From a virus, in the IMG/VR virus record IMGVR_UViG_3300029905_000012: a stretch of DNA of 46,191 nt. The stretch is one strand, 5' to 3'. Both the position numbers and the translations under genes were made by a program. This document shows positions 45,777 through 46,191 of the stretch, in pieces. How positions within the stretch are numbered: the stretch's first letter is position 1; each line of letters starts with the position of its first letter. Under the pieces are notes generated by a model, which saw nothing but the letters and a program-made list of their open reading frames with translations, did not search any database and was not told the origin of the DNA.

Positions 45777-46191
45777 AGCAGTTAGTTTTCGAACAGGAAG
45801 TAGTTTAACCACGATACCTAAAGGAAGCAAAAGTATATCCTTAACAGAAGCGGTTACTGGTATATTTATAGAAATTGCAGAAGGAAATACTATTGACTTT
45901 GAAGGAACATTTGGTATCTTTGATGATTATACCAACTTCCAAATTAGCACCCCCAACGGCTTGCCCAGTATCTCTGTTGATTGGGGCGGGAATTATACTG
46001 ATGCGAGCGGGCAGCGAAAATGGGTGGACATTATTGATTACAACAACGAAAAAAAGTATCAGTATATAAATGAAGTTGTTGTTGACGGGACAAATGCAAA
46101 ATTTACTGTTGGTGCTGATAAACAGTTTTGGAATCTACCAAATAATTCCGCGCTGAATGTTATGGAATTATATGGGATGCAATATGTTTAT
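45700..46191 (+). CDS. Tail fibre protein 2, distal part (3'-partial in window; continues at 1..492)
   Basis: Frame 1 is open from 45700 to the window end and on through 1..492. A protein-like sequence starts around 45739 (SGQVGAISCDSPFEAVSFRTGSS...). There is no RBS before ATG 45700. Confidence 0.6.
   Translation, partial: MVRLILIQVHQISGQVGAISCDSPFEAVSFRTGSSLTTIPKGSKSISLTEAVTGIFIEIAEGNTIDFEGTFGIFDDYTNFQISTPNGLPSISVDWGGNYTDASGQRKWVDIIDYNNEKKYQYINEVVVDGTNAKFTVGADKQFWNLPNNSALNVMELYGMQYVY
46093..46191. repeat. Terminal direct repeat, copy 2 of 2 (identical to 1..99)
   Basis: Exact 99-base identity with the window start. Confidence 0.95.

Overview
The first and last 99 bases of the window are identical, so it closes on itself. 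It is a complete tailed dsDNA phage genome of about 46.1 kb. It is G+C-rich (by eye roughly 60-65%, not computed). Every convincing gene is on the + strand; the many long minus-strand ORFs in the track look like antisense shadows of GC-rich coding sequence.

Gene order:
- 1-1373: end of a tail-fibre gene that wraps the junction, a small fibre-associated gene and an SPP1-type holin.
- 1433-2064: a decayed DNA methyltransferase.
- 2065-2983: about 900 bp with no genes, holding a tRNA 3'-half (attP-like), direct, tandem and inverted repeats, promoters and terminators.
- 2984-8265: early genes (Cro-like HTH, Bro-N/KilAC antirepressor, Xis-like HTH, zinc-ribbon protein, PAPS-reductase-like protein, DUF3846 and small ORFs).
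- 8262-17458: replication, recombination and modification module. It holds an SNF2 helicase split by an HNH endonuclease gene, a Gp157-like protein, a DnaD-like organiser with an internal AT-rich iteron block, a methyltransferase-like protein, RusA, a helicase-methyltransferase fusion and a sigma-like late regulator.
- 17531-17604: tRNA-Trp(CCA).
- 17886-24452: lambda-like packaging and head genes (TerS, GpA-type TerL, gpW, portal, protease, HK97-type capsid, DUF2190).
- 24455-36415: neck, then a P2/PBSX-like contractile tail and baseplate.
- 36673-41766: the most notable system, a complete diversity-generating retroelement (DGR: avd, template repeat TR, reverse transcriptase RT, 993-aa target). 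The 130-nt TR and 127-nt variable repeat (VR) differ only at TR adenines plus one codon of length. The VR lies near the N-terminus of a target gene that sits downstream of the RT, which is not the usual layout.
- 41779-46191: DUF4376 protein, membrane proteins, GH25 endolysin and a second tail fibre. Its distal part is strikingly AT-rich and frame-broken.

No integrase or repressor was found anywhere. All family assignments come from reading motifs by eye and from memory of the families; no searches were run.
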